A stretch of 64,000 bases of DNA from Eledone cirrhosa (lineage: Eukaryota): the NCBI GenBank assembly GCA_964016885.1, contig OZ024743.1, positions 356,934,001-356,998,000 of the forward strand, in the 5' to 3' direction. Positions 1 to 12,795 of the stretch are shown piece by piece (the stretch's first letter is position 1; the number at the start of each line of letters is the position of its first letter). The position numbers and the translations under genes are program-made. The notes under the pieces are model-generated. The model searched no databases and had not been told where the DNA came from. It worked only from the letters and a program-made list of their open reading frames with translations.

Positions 1-476
1 GCACATACACACACACATATATATATATATACACACACACGCACGTACATGTATATGTGTGTAAGATGGAAAGTTTAATTTTGTGTGTGTTTCAGTATAT
101 ATGTGTTAATTCGCTCTTTACGCCAATGCGTCCGTTCCACTGAGCTTTCGCCATTAAAACCCAAATCTCCACGCTGGCTTGAATGACGGTCGTAGTTATT
201 TAACGAAACGTTTTAACCTCAGATCCTAGCTTTCTCTTATTACATAAGACCATTTTTCTATTTCCTAACCTATTACGTATATTTTGGAACAACAACTACA
301 ACCACTACCACCACAGCAACAACGACAATAACTTAAACTACAGCACCAACAGTAGCAGCAACAGCAGCAGTAGAAAATGGCGCTGTTTTAACGCTCGATA
401 ATAGACAATTGTCTTGGAATGACATATATCCATTGTATTCGTTGTTGTTATTGTTGTTGCTTTTTATCGCTTTACA

Positions 477-516
<40 letters not shown>

Positions 517-913
517 GGTGGTGGTGGTGGTGGTTGTGGCGGTGGTGTCGTTGGGGAGGGACTTGATAGTAATAGTATCTTATTTTGCTCATAGCCTGGT
601 GTTTATTTGGATTAGAAGAAAACGGTCTCGTTTTATTAAAGTCTACTGGCGAGTGGGTTTAAATTTCAATTACAACAACAACTGTAACAACAACAATACT
701 AAAATATATCGAGCCATCGACTCTTTTTGTAGTGAAATATCCTACAAACTACACCCTTCAGTATTAATAAAAAGAAGGACGTATTGTACAATTTAGTTCT
801 ATCGATACACTTTGTCTGAAAAATATAAAGACAGACAAGATGTCCACGGTTCTAATGCTTTAGATGATGATACGTCTGCTCGATCAGTTAATCAAATATT
901 TCATTAAAAAATA

Positions 914-1039
914 ATTCTTTCTAGCACTGGCACAAGGCCAGCAATTTGAGGGAAGAGGAAAGTCGACTATGTCTACCCTAGTACGTAACTGGTACTTCAT
1001 TTTATCAACCCCAGAAGAATGAAAGGCAAAGTTGACCTG
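914..1039 (-). mobile_element. tRNA-derived SINE, 3' part (older subfamily)
   Basis: Reverse complement matches the window's dominant SINE core (ttgcctttcat...gataaaat..agtaccagt) and tail (tgctggccttgtgcc..tagaaa). Confidence 0.75.
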
Positions 1040-1104
1040 TTAAATAAAAAAGATTACTCACATAACGATTAAATTATAATCGTTTAAAACTATCTTATAT
1101 ATAG

Positions 1105-1434
1105 TCAGAGATCAACAAGTCGGAGCTTCACAACACTCAGTCAGAGCTCAGCAAAACTGCGTCGGAGCTCAAGACCATTGAGTCAAAGCTTAACAACACT
1201 GAGTCGGAGCTCAGCAACACAGTGTCGGAGCTCAAGACCATTGAGCCAAAGCTTAACAACACTGACTCGGAGCTCAGCAACACAGTATCGGAGCTCAAGA
1301 CCATTGAGTCAAAGCTTAACAACACTGAGTCGGAGCTCAGCAACACAGTATCGGAGCTCAAGACCATTGATTCAAAGCTTAACAACACTGACTTGGAGCT
1401 CAGCAACACAGTGTCGGAGCAACAACAACAATAG
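1105..1434 (+). CDS. candidate terminal exon encoding a leucine-heptad coiled coil
   Basis: AG at 1103-1104, then an open frame of 109 codons to TAG: SEINK SELHNTQ SELSKTA (SELKTIE SKLNNTE SELSNTV)x4 SEQQQQ*. Leu every 7th residue; 21-bp units in a 63-bp higher-order repeat; ATTAAA near 1499. No upstream exon identified. Confidence 0.5.
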   Translation, partial: SEINKSELHNTQSELSKTASELKTIESKLNNTESELSNTVSELKTIEPKLNNTDSELSNTVSELKTIESKLNNTESELSNTVSELKTIDSKLNNTDLELSNTVSEQQQQ

Positions 1435-1741
1435 CTGCAAGAGATTTGTATTATTGCGAATAATTTATTTCCTATATGTTTCCTTGAAAAAAAGATTAAT
1501 TAAAAAACACTATAAAACTTTAAGGATATTCATGTGGTTATAATTGATTGAAGAGGAATATAATGGTGACATATAGGAATAGGGGTTATTAAACAGGATT
1601 AACACCAACTTCCGTCTCACTTGGCATTCCAAGACATTCATTCTGCTGTATTTATTAAACATATGTCATTGTGACAGGAAATAACTCCTTGCTGTAATAT
1701 TTTGTAGCCACTGCCATTTTACAAGTTTTAGTATCATTAAT

Positions 1742-1979
1742 ACTAGTGGACCCGTGCCGTCAATAATAACGGCAATAGCCTAAGTTTTGGTGTCGAGAAC
1801 TGGTATGTCGTATATACTATAATTAACGGATTACCGGATATATGAACAATAAAAAAAATCCTGAGAAATTTGCGCTTTGAATGATTAATGATTTATGTAA
1901 GAGAAACCCTATCGTGTATGTTGATTACTGATATGCAGAAGCGATTAAATATAAGAATGATATTTAGTAATATATTTCG

Positions 1980-1980
<1 letters not shown>
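1742..1980 (-). mobile_element. probable non-autonomous Helitron 3' end
   Basis: Minus strand ends in hairpin gccgtt-attatt-gacggc followed by acgggtccaCTAG|T. Upstream extent uncertain. Confidence 0.45.
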
Positions 1981-2021
<41 letters not shown>

Positions 2022-2200
2022 AATTATATATATATATATAATTTTATATATAGATTTTGAGTATATGTTGGTTGTATACCAACACGTCAGTATGCAGGCT
2101 CGAGCACTCGACGAAGTGCGCAGGTTGGTTTGGTTACTCCGGAGTAGTGTAAAATAAAGTTAAATAAAAGTCAAATGATTAAAATTTAGCTTCGTTTATT

Positions 2201-2255
2201 ACTGCTATATATATTTCAGTGACAGCCATCTTTGGCTGTGACCTCTTCAGGCAGT
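2201..2255 (-). ncRNA. minimal type I hammerhead ribozyme
   Basis: Exact mirror of 2424-2478. Confidence 0.8.
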
Positions 2256-2423
2256 TTGAATTAGTATGGTATAGACAAGTACATATGTTGTTTAGGTGTA
2301 TAATATTGTCAATACTCTGATATGCCCAGTTCCTTGTTTGGTTGTTATTTCACTGAGGAACTGGAGTCATATGACTCCAGTTCCTCAGTGTCATATGTAC
2401 TTGTCTATACCATACTAATTCAA

Positions 2424-2478
2424 ACTGCCTGAAGAGGTCACAGCCAAAGATGGCTGTCACTGAAATATATATAGCAGT
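2424..2478 (+). ncRNA. minimal type I hammerhead ribozyme
   Basis: ACUGC-CUGAAGA-GGUcACAGCCA(AAGA)UGGCUGUcACU-GAAA-U(AUAU)A-UA^-GCAGU: stem I, stem II, palindromic stem III and core all intact. Confidence 0.8.
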
Positions 2479-2526
2479 AATAAACGAAGCTAAATTTTAA
2501 TCATTTGACTTTTATTTAACTTTATT

Positions 2527-2612
<86 letters not shown>

Positions 2613-2771
2613 AGTCAGGACGCCGACGGCTGAGCTCCGGCCGTTTCGACAGCTAGATACATATATATATTAGGGTTATGATTTTCTGACTTTTTGTAAA
2701 ATAATTGATTTCCTGTATCATAATTCGATGATCTTTTGTTAAAAAATAATGAAAAGACTTTTAATTTTGTT

Positions 2772-2831
<60 letters not shown>

Positions 2832-2832
<1 letters not shown>

Positions 2833-2880
2833 ATTCCTGATGATTTCTAAAGAATGTAACAGTTCTAGTCCTGTAGAATC
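2832..2880 (+). ncRNA. degenerate hammerhead (GAAA changed to GUAA)
   Basis: GAUUC-CUGAUGA-short stem II-GUAA-CAG(uucuaguc)CUG-UA^-GAAUC. Confidence 0.5.
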
Positions 2881-2883
2881 TCA

Positions 2884-2962
<79 letters not shown>

Positions 2963-3108
2963 TAATATATAATATATATAATATATATAATATATATATA
3001 ATAAACAAAATTAAAACTATATATATATATCATAAAACATGTCTTTAGAATCACTAGATATAATATATACTATATCTATGACTTTATATATATGTAAACC
3101 TTTATAAA

Positions 3109-3145
<37 letters not shown>

Positions 3146-3349
3146 TGATTTCCAATTATATACATATATATATATATATATGTAACATAATATAATTTGC
3201 AATTGGAACGCATGTATAATTATATATGTGTTCATCTCTCTCATATATTCAATTATATTATGTTACACGGCTCTGAAAAATTTCTTTCTTTGAGCTATTT
3301 AATTGTAAAAGACTATTTTGAGTTTCTAACTCAATGTATGATATATATA

Positions 3350-3775
<426 letters not shown>

Positions 3776-4180
3776 TGTGTATATATATATATAAATATAA
3801 ATTCAGCGAGAATCGCATTTCGGCGGGTAGAAAAAGCGAAAGGTAACGCAAATTCAGAGTCATGCTGGCAAGCGCTCCATAGTTTAAAAAACCAGAGCAA
3901 TAAACATATGTTATAAACGCCATACAAACTGAGAAGGCGGTCAAGAAGGTATAAACCACCCAAGCCAAAAAACAAGTCAAGCTACACAGGTCAGACAAAA
4001 TAAATGATAAAATCATACATATATATATTTTTTTTTCTGTATATATATAAATATATATATATTTATATATATAAATATATATATATAGTTATATATATAT
4101 AAATATATATATATATATTAGAAAGTGAGGTTTTTTTTACAAAATGAAAAATAACCGAGGTGTCCTACACGAGTGAAAGT

Positions 4181-4323
4181 ATAAAGAAAAAATAATGAAA
4201 TCGAAAATGCAACTGGAGTCTTATTTTTTTTTAAATATATATATTTATTTGGTTCCTTTACCGGTTTCGCAGTTCTTCTGCTTTTCAAAACTCCAGTTGC
4301 ATTTTCGATTTCATCTTTTTTTC

Positions 4324-4328
<5 letters not shown>
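4181..4328. repeat. small fold-back enclosing a U3-A8 hammerhead core
   Basis: Arms atgaaatcgaaaatgcaactggagt / actccagttgcattttcgatttcat. Minus strand ~4257-4290 reads UUGAAAA-GCAG(aagaa)CUGC-GAAA-C(CG)G-UA. Confidence 0.55.
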
Positions 4329-4418
<90 letters not shown>

Positions 4419-4460
4419 ATGATATTAATAAATGGTAACTATATTTATAAAACCATATTT

Positions 4461-4523
4461 ATTTTATTATATATATTTCAAGGGTACCAAAAGAAACTTT
4501 GGTACGCCCTCATCAGATAAAAT
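4461..4523 (-). ncRNA. minimal type I hammerhead ribozyme
   Basis: AUUUUAU-CUGAUGA-gggcGUACCAAAG(uuuc)UUUUGGUACccuu-GAAA-U(AUAU)A-UA^-AUAAAAU. The mirror copy at 4815-4876 has A9 changed to G. Confidence 0.75.
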
Positions 4524-4606
4524 ACAAAATTTGTTTCATAAATAGTGACATATGACATACCCGATAAACCAGACCTTATCGGGTGTCACTATTTATAAAA
4601 CAAATT

Positions 4607-4791
4607 GGGCGGTGGATTGGCAGTATCGGTGGAGGGTCGGACGCCATGCTTTCCAGCATAGTTACGTCCCTTTACGATCTGAGTTCAAATCCCGCCGAGG
4701 TTGACTTTGCCTTTCATCCTTACGAGGTCGATAAAATAAAGTACCAGTAATGCACTGGGTAATTGCTGGCCTTGTGCCTAAAGTAGAAACA
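4607..4791 (+). mobile_element. full-length tRNA-derived SINE with 19-bp TSD
   Basis: A box-like tggcagtatcgg, B box gagttcaaatccc, central gcctttcatcct..gtcgataaaat..agtaccag segment resembling the Meta domain. TSD actatttataaaacaaatt at 4588-4606 and 4792-4810. Confidence 0.92.
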
Positions 4792-4976
4792 ACTATTTAT
4801 AAAACAAATTTTGTATTTTATCTGATGGGGGCGTACCAAAGTTTTTTTGGTACCCTTGAAATATATATAATAAAATAAATATGGTTTTATAAATATAGTT
4901 ACCATTTATATTTCGAGTGCTTCCAATCTGTTATAAATAAATTTGTTGAATTACCAGTATATTAAATATCTCTTTG

Positions 4977-5019
<43 letters not shown>

Positions 5020-5171
5020 CGGCGATGAATTTGTTTTGCGAGGTTTTTTTATATGAAATCGTGTGTCGAAACAAATATTGTTATACTTGGGGAGGGTCAT
5101 ATTGTTGTAATAATATTGCCAGAAATAATAACAGAAAACACTGTTTGGTTGTTTTTTGCTTCTGTATCTTT

Positions 5172-5241
<70 letters not shown>

Positions 5242-5244
5242 TAT

Positions 5245-5333
<89 letters not shown>

Positions 5334-5370
5334 AATATATATATATACATATAGATATATATACATATAT

Positions 5371-5411
<41 letters not shown>

Positions 5412-5500
5412 TATATATATATATAATATGTTTCAGAAGATCCCATATAACGGTGAAAGTAGCAATTCTTTGATTAAAATTTTATGTGTACTTATAATAA

Positions 5501-5633
5501 ATCTAGTTGTCGGAACGGCCAGAGCTCACCCGTCGGGGTCCTGACTATTTTCCTTTTACCCACTCTACTACTCTAAGTATTGGGTACTCTGGTGTGTTAT
5601 GGTCTACCTGGTATCTTACCACACTTTCTTTGT
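5501..5633 (+). mobile_element. short TA-targeted repeat (family also at 2615-2658 and 50763-50949)
   Basis: Shared atctagytgtcrraacgrcc.gag.tca.ccgt.ggggtcctga...cctggtatctta.cacac..tct.tgtta(TA)n. Confidence 0.65.
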
Positions 5634-5849
5634 TATATATCTATATAAACATTGCTATGTGTTACATGAATTGCCAATAATTCTTGATTTTACTTTCTCG
5701 TTAACGAAACGTGTGTCGGTAATTAAGTCATTTGATTGCAGCCAGAACACTGATCATTCATTAAACACACACATCCGACAAAATGTATTACGGTGTTTAG
5801 TTATGGTTGTGAATTCATAGACCACCCAAGTCAATTTTCCTCTTCCTAT

Positions 5850-6200
5850 CCGGGGTTAATAAAATAAAATACCAGTCAAATACTGTGGTCCATATAATCG
5901 ACTGTTCACTCGCCCCCCTATCCAGAGTTGATAAGATAAAATGCCAGTCAAATACTGGAGTCCATATAATTGACTGTTCCCTAGCTTCCCTATCGAGGGT
6001 TGATAAAATAAAATACCAGTCAAATACTGGGGTCCATATAATCGACTGTTCACTCGCCCCCCTATCCAGGGTTGATAAGATAAAATGCCAGTCAAATACT
6101 GGAGTCCATATAATTGACTGTTCCCTAGCCTCCCTATCGAGGGTTGATAAAATAAAATACCAGTCAAATACTGGGGTCCATATAATCGACTGTCCACTCG
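5850..6200 (+). repeat. SINE-derived minisatellite, ~60-bp units in a 120-bp dimer
   Basis: About 5.5 alternating copies of gggttgataaaataaaataccagtcaaatactgg.gtccatataat.gactgttc inside a SINE-like shell (~5810-6245). Confidence 0.85.
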
Positions 6201-6699
6201 CCTCAAAATATTTGGCCTCTTGCTTTTGATTAGAACCAATATTCACTAGTGGAAACTGCAGAAATTCCACATTTTAGACATTTTCTTATTTCTGTATTGA
6301 TGAATAAATTCGTAATATTGATATATTGTTTTAAAATTTTCTATTTCGCTCCTTAGTTAGGGTTGTTTAAAGCGTAACACAAGTAGTCCAATATGATCTT
6401 TACATTCTGAGTTCATATCCTATCGTAGTCGATTTTGTCTTTATTCCCTCCGGGGCCAATATAATATTATTACATATACGATCCTTGGGGAGGAAAAAAA
6501 TTGAATGGATGAAATTGGTTAGCCGACTTAGGAACACTTTGCATTATTCCATTTCTATTAAGAACGAGTTGATGTTCCGTCAGTTTCGACAATGAGTGTT
6601 CCAGTTGTTCGATCAGCGGATAACTTGCTTACGAAATCAACATGACACTGTGTGACTCGGCTAGCCCTTTGAATTATAGGTACATTCAATCTGACAGAC

Positions 6700-6846
6700 T
6701 TCCAAACAGTTTCCGCCTACCCAGTTTTACTCACAAGACATGAGTCGACCTGAGGTTATGGTAAATGACTCTTACCCGATAATCCACACAGTAGGATCAA
6801 ACCCAGCACCTAATGATTGCGAAGCAAACTTCTTAAACATTAGGCC
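6700..6846 (-). mobile_element. decayed tRNA-derived SINE head (another family)
   Basis: Reverse complement ggcctaatgtttaagaagtttgcttcgcaatcattaggtgctgggtttgatcc has A/B-box-like motifs. Confidence 0.5.
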
Positions 6847-7629
6847 TTACTTTGTCCATTCCTTTTTTGATTTTTAGTCTGTTTTGGCAGGTGATAATGT
6901 TTATAGTGAGTTAGTTGGTGTGTGAAACAGCATGGAGCTTGGTGTATACAGGCCGGTGCCAGACGATTTTGAGCCGAGGCATGGCTAATTTCAAACCCTC
7001 CATCACCACCAAACTCAAAATTGCCAACTTCGATTTTCACAAGCAGATGTTTTGCAGGAAAAAAAAAAAATAAATAAAAGCTCAAAACCTGAAACCGTTA
7101 AATTTATTTTAAATGATAGGAATAAATATTACATCAAGGTTTGATTATATTGCTCAAATTGAAATGAAAATATTTTGGCACCTGAATCAGATATAACTAA
7201 AGGGCAGTCGGTAGAGTGCATACCTCCACTAAGGAGAACACAATAAACGTTTTACTTCAGATACCTTTCAGTTTGTATATACCTTCTAAGGTTACTTGTC
7301 TCTAGGCGCCTGTCGTGTTACAATATTTTGCTACAGTTAGACAGAGGAAAAAACAAACAGGGGGAAAAACATAACCTTTTTGTTGGAAATAATAAGTTTG
7401 TGAATTGCATTGTAAAAAAAATTAAATCTGATAAAAGTTTCTATTGAAGTATATCAGAATCTCATTTTACGTATATTTTCCTTTGCAAATGTTGTTAACA
7501 ATTCAATCTAATGGGCATATTCAGTTGATTTAGTTGCCATCTTTTACCATCATTCATACATACATACATACATATTTAATACACAGATTTATTCAGGAAC
7601 CATGGTACTAGTAGTTTCATAGTTTACAT

Positions 7630-7791
7630 TGATTAAATCGACTCCAGTGTGTGGCTGATACTTTATTTTATCGACCCCGTAAGGATGAAAGTTAACCTCG
7701 GCGGGATTTGAACTCAGATCGTGAAGGGCCGTAACTCTATGTAGCAAAGCATGGCTTCCGACCCTCTACCGCTACTGCCAATCCACCGCCC
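7630..7791 (-). mobile_element. tRNA-derived SINE
   Basis: Matches the 4607-4791 consensus in reverse. Confidence 0.85.
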
Positions 7792-7807
7792 TTAATATGT
7801 ATTTAAT

Positions 7808-7987
7808 AATTGTTTCTACTTTAGGCACAAGGCCAGCAAATTACCCAGTACATTACCGGTACTTTATTTTATCGACCCCGTAAGGATGAAAGGCAAAGTT
7901 AACCTCGGCGGGATTTGAACTCAGACTGTAAAGGGACGTAACTATGCTAGAAAGCATGGCGTCCAACCCTCTACCGATACTGCCAAC
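7808..7987 (-). mobile_element. tRNA-derived SINE
   Basis: Matches the 4607-4791 consensus in reverse. Confidence 0.9.
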
Positions 7988-8005
7988 TACTAAAACTGAA
8001 GGCAG

Positions 8006-8044
8006 GTGTTCTCGTTTCGACGTAACGTGTCTCATCAGAACAGT
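8006..8044 (-). ncRNA. partial hammerhead core
   Basis: UGUU-CUGAUGA-GAC(acguuac)GUC-GAAAC-gag-AACA; lacks an NUH triplet. Confidence 0.4.
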
Positions 8045-8268
8045 CTGAGATTTAAAGAAAATTTACATTGGAGATCTGCAGTTTGGAAAGAGGGAGATTA
8101 ATAAAATCGAAATTCGGTTTAGATAAAGCGCCAACGGCTTATGTGCAGTTTAATATAGCGTGTCGGTGTGGAAGAAAGTTATTTGTTTGCCAAGACAGTT
8201 TATCAGAATTTCTTGTGGTGGAAGTGAGAATCTTCTTCGTGCCTGTTAAACACACGCATGCACATGCA

Positions 8269-8329
<61 letters not shown>

Positions 8330-8339
<10 letters not shown>

Positions 8340-10494
8340 TATATATATGTACATGCACACACTCACACATATAAATATACACATATATATATATATGCAC
8401 ACACTCACACATACATGCACACACTCACACATAAATATACACACACATACATATGTACATACACACACTCACGCACATAAATATACACACATATATATAT
8501 ATGTACATACACACACTTCGCACATAAATATACACACATATATATGTGTACATACACACACACTCACGCACATAAATATACATATGTACATACACACACA
8601 CTCACGCACATAAATATACACACATATAGATGTACATATACACACACTCACGCACATAAATATACATACATACATATGTACATACACACACACTCACGCA
8701 CATAAATATACACACACATATATATGTACATACACACACTCACACACATAAATATACACACACATATATGTACATGCACACACTCACACACATAAATATA
8801 CACACACATATATGCACATGCACACACTCACACACATAAATATACACACACATATATATATATATGTACATACACACACTCACGCACATAAATATACACA
8901 CATATATATATATGTACATACACACACACTCACACATAAATATACACACACATATATGTACATACACACACTCACACACATAAATATACACACAACACAC
9001 ATACATATGTACATACACACACTCACGCACATAAATATACACACATATATATGTGTACATACACACACACTCACGCACATAAATATACACACATATATAT
9101 GTACATACACACACACCCACGCACATAAATATACACACATACATATGTACATACACACACACTCACACACATAAATATACACACATATATATGTACATAC
9201 ACACACTCACGCACATAAATATACACACATATATATGTACATACACACACACTCACACACATAAATATACACACATATATATGTACATACACACACTCAC
9301 ACACATAAATATACACACACATATATGTACATACACACATATATGTACATGCACACACTCACACATAAATATACATACACATATATGTACATACACACAC
9401 TCACGCACATAAATATACACACATATATATGTACATACACACACACACGCACATAAATATACACACATATATATGTACATATACACACACTCACACACAT
9501 AAATATACACACACATATATGTACATACACACATATATGTACATGCACACACTCACACATAAATATACATACACATATATGTACATACACACACTCACGC
9601 ACATAAATATACACACATATATATGTACATACACACACACACGCACATAAATATACACACATATATATGTACATATACACACACTCACACACATAAATAT
9701 ACACACATATATATGTACATACACACACTCACACACATAAATATACACACATATATATGTACATGCACACACTCACACACATAAATATACACACATACAT
9801 ATGTACATACACACACTCACACACATAAATATACACACACATATATGTACATGCACACACACTCACGCACATAAATATACACACATACATATGTACATAC
9901 ACACACTCACGCACATAAATAAACACACATATATATATGTACATACACACACTCACACACATAAATATACACACATATATATATATGTACATACACACAC
10001 TCACGCACATAAATATACACACACACATATATGTACATGCACACACACTCACACACATAAATATACACACATATATATGTACATACACACACACTCACGC
10101 ACATAAATATACACACAACACACATACATATGTACATACACACACTCACACACATAAATATACACACAACACACATACATATGTACATACACACACTCAC
10201 GCACATAAATATACACACATATATATGTACATACACACACTCACACACATAAATATACACACACATATGTATGTACATGCACACACTCACACACATAAAT
10301 ATACACACATATATATATGTACATGCACACACTCACACACATAAATATACACACATACATATGTACATACACACACTCACACACATAAATATACACACAC
10401 ATATGTATGTACATGCACACACTCACACACATAAATATACACACATATATATATGTACATATACACACACTCACGCACATAAACATACACACGC
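8330..10494. repeat. CA-rich minisatellite, ~40-46-bp unit
   Basis: Recurrent atgtacatacacacactcacrcacataaatatacacacatatat. Confidence 0.92.
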
Positions 10495-10871
10495 TTAATC
10501 GAACATATTAATCCTATTGACGCTTTTCACTGTTATTGTTGTTAATCCGCAGTCGATGACGTTTACAGTCTCACACATTTCACCAACAACACCGCAGACG
10601 TAACTATCACCTTCGTCACCACCATTACAGTAGAACATATTATGCCAGCCATGTTGTGTTTGTATGTGTATCAGTTACCACTAAATGTGTTGCCTCAAGC
10701 AATGAATGTCTTCCTCCTCTCCTCCTTTCTCCTGCGCCCCACAGACGACAGACGACATTTCAAATACGATGACATTCTTACTTAACAGAGATTTGACAAG
10801 CTTCTCCATGTTTCTGATGTAAAATACATTCTCTACATTACATATGTATGGTCCGTATAGCCCCCCCCCCT

Positions 10872-10917
<46 letters not shown>

Positions 10918-11009
10918 CATACATATATATGACTGTTCCCTAGCCTCCCTATCGAGGGTTGATAAAATAAAATACCAGTCAAATACTAGGGTCCATATAA
11001 TCGACTGTC

Positions 11010-11045
<36 letters not shown>

Positions 11046-11175
11046 GAAGTTATATTTAATTTTTGGGGATACAACAAGCAAATATTTTTATAACTGATAT
11101 AAAGCACTCAACAAATTTTTGGAGTAAAAATACAATATATTAACAAATGGAAACTATATTTATAAAACCATATTT

Positions 11176-11238
11176 ATTTCATTATACATATTTCAAGTTC
11201 ACCAAAGCAAATTACGGTGCGCTTTCATCAGATAAAAT
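11176..11238 (-). ncRNA. minimal type I hammerhead ribozyme
   Basis: AUUUUAU-CUGAUGA-aagcgCACCG...UGGUGaacuu-GAAA-U(AUGU)A-UA^-AUGAAAU. Confidence 0.65.
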
Positions 11239-11447
11239 ATAATATAGATCAGTTTTATAAACAAATATTGACATACCCTTAAAGAATGCAAAAGAAAATG
11301 TATGGGATTTAAACCTTTCCGACACTAATTTGCATAATAGACCAATAATAAAATTAGTAACCCCACTATCCGGGAACTTCCAACCGACACATGGATGCAT
11401 TCTTTAAGGGTATGTCAATATTTGTTTATAAAACTGATCTATATTAT

Positions 11448-11510
11448 ATTTTATCTGATGAGAGCGCATCATAATTTGCTTTGGTGTCCTTGAAATATGT
11501 ATAATGAAAT
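11448..11510 (+). ncRNA. minimal type I hammerhead ribozyme
   Basis: AUUUUAU-CUGAUGA-gagcGCAUCA...UGGUGUccuu-GAAA-U(AUGU)A-UA^-AUGAAAU. Confidence 0.65.
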
Positions 11511-11549
11511 AAATATGGTTTTATAAATATAGTTTCCATTTGTTAATAT

Positions 11550-11618
<69 letters not shown>

Positions 11619-12204
11619 ATTGTAACGTCCAATTTCTGTAGGTTCACCAGTAAGTATAGAAGTGTAGCACTAAGCAGAGTGTAATAGTAATAATAAAAAG
11701 GACGATTTGTTATGTCCTTTTTATTATGTGTGTCTGTGTGTGTGTGGTAAATTTACAGAAGAACACCCCCACTCGATTTGATTTCAGTAGAAAAAAAGAA
11801 ATTTCTCGCTTTTTTCGTGTACTATCAGCTAATCTAACCTACAAGATTCTGGCAATCGAATTTTCCCCGGTGAATGGAGGAAGTGGGGTGTGTCCACCCC
11901 CCTCGGATAACCCCAACTCCTCAGAGTTTTCCCTACGACTTTTTTTTTTCGTGTGTTATCAACGAATATGACCTCCAAACCAGTCGGAAACGACTAGATT
12001 TGTAGAAAAATTTGTGAAAGGTGGCGGAAAGACCATCGGAGTTTCGCAGATCTACACACTTCTCACATTTGGAAATAATTGTCTTTCCTTGTTTTTTTTT
12101 TGTTGTTGTTTTTTTCCTGGACCTTTTAGATGCTTGCAATCGACTTTTTTGCCAGAATCTTGGAGGTTAGATTATTTGATTAAAAAAAAACCGTACACAC
12201 GCAC

Positions 12205-12267
<63 letters not shown>

Positions 12268-12585
12268 AATAAATATTTGCTCTACCATTCTTATATATTT
12301 GATATATATTTATCCTTATCGAGCCCTCTTTGGATTTTAGTCTTCAAATTTATTATTATGACTATATATATATATATGTGTACACACACTCATACAAACA
12401 CATATATATATATGTGTGCGTACTCGTGTTTGATCGTGTCGGAGGGTGTCTCGTTGTGATCTTCATACGATGAAAAAAGGGTTATCTCACTGGGGAAGCT
12501 ATATCTAAAATGTTAATAGGGTCAGGTGTGGGTAAAAACTTGCGCTCACTTACTTTCTGTATACAAATATGGAGTTAACCTATTA

Positions 12586-12690
12586 TACAAGGTGTCCCAT
12601 AAAAATGTATACATACTTTGAATACCTATACAATCAATATTTATTAGAATGCTGTTGAAGTGTGTATACAATTTTGGGGGACACCCTATA
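12586..12690. mobile_element. Tc1/mariner-like MITE
   Basis: TA-flanked imperfect ~30-bp TIRs caaggtgtcccataaaaatgtatacatactt / aagtgtgtatacaattttgggggacacccta. Confidence 0.6.
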
Positions 12691-12795
12691 TATTAAGAAA
12701 CTAGGCTTTGCAGCGTGGTGCATGATTAGCAATAGTATTGTGCCTACAGGTTAAACAAAATTGGTTGATTAATAAAATTTTAAATATGAAATAAT

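Larger units (their letters stand above)
2053..2528. mobile_element. fold-back element between (TA)n tracts, Penelope pLTR-like
   Basis: Inverted arms 2151-2287 and 2392-2528, each with an HHR; internal perfect 40-bp palindrome 2351-2390. Confidence 0.7.
4424..4975. mobile_element. fold-back HHR element (family C) interrupted by a SINE
   Basis: Inverted arms ~4427-4548 and ~4585-4909 (after removing the SINE). HHR in each arm. Homologous to 11045-11555 and 49938-50225. Confidence 0.7.
11045..11555. mobile_element. fold-back HHR element (family C)
   Basis: Arms 11131-11290 and 11396-11555. HHRs at 11176-11238 (-) and 11448-11510 (+). Flanked by (TA)n. Confidence 0.75.

Noticed and set aside
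1137-1409. Minus-strand MVLSSDTVLLSS repeat ORF
   Set aside because: Antisense shadow of the heptad repeat; the plus frame has the meaningful periodicity.
4607-4700. tRNA gene (A/B boxes)
   Set aside because: No cloverleaf; it is the head of a multi-copy SINE.
5850-6200. CRISPR-like repeat spacing
   Set aside because: No unique spacers; it is a SINE-derived tandem repeat in a eukaryotic context.
10678-10815. Exon-like segment on the minus strand (cag acceptor, gtaact donor)
   Set aside because: All three frames contain stops and no homology was recognised. Could only be non-coding.
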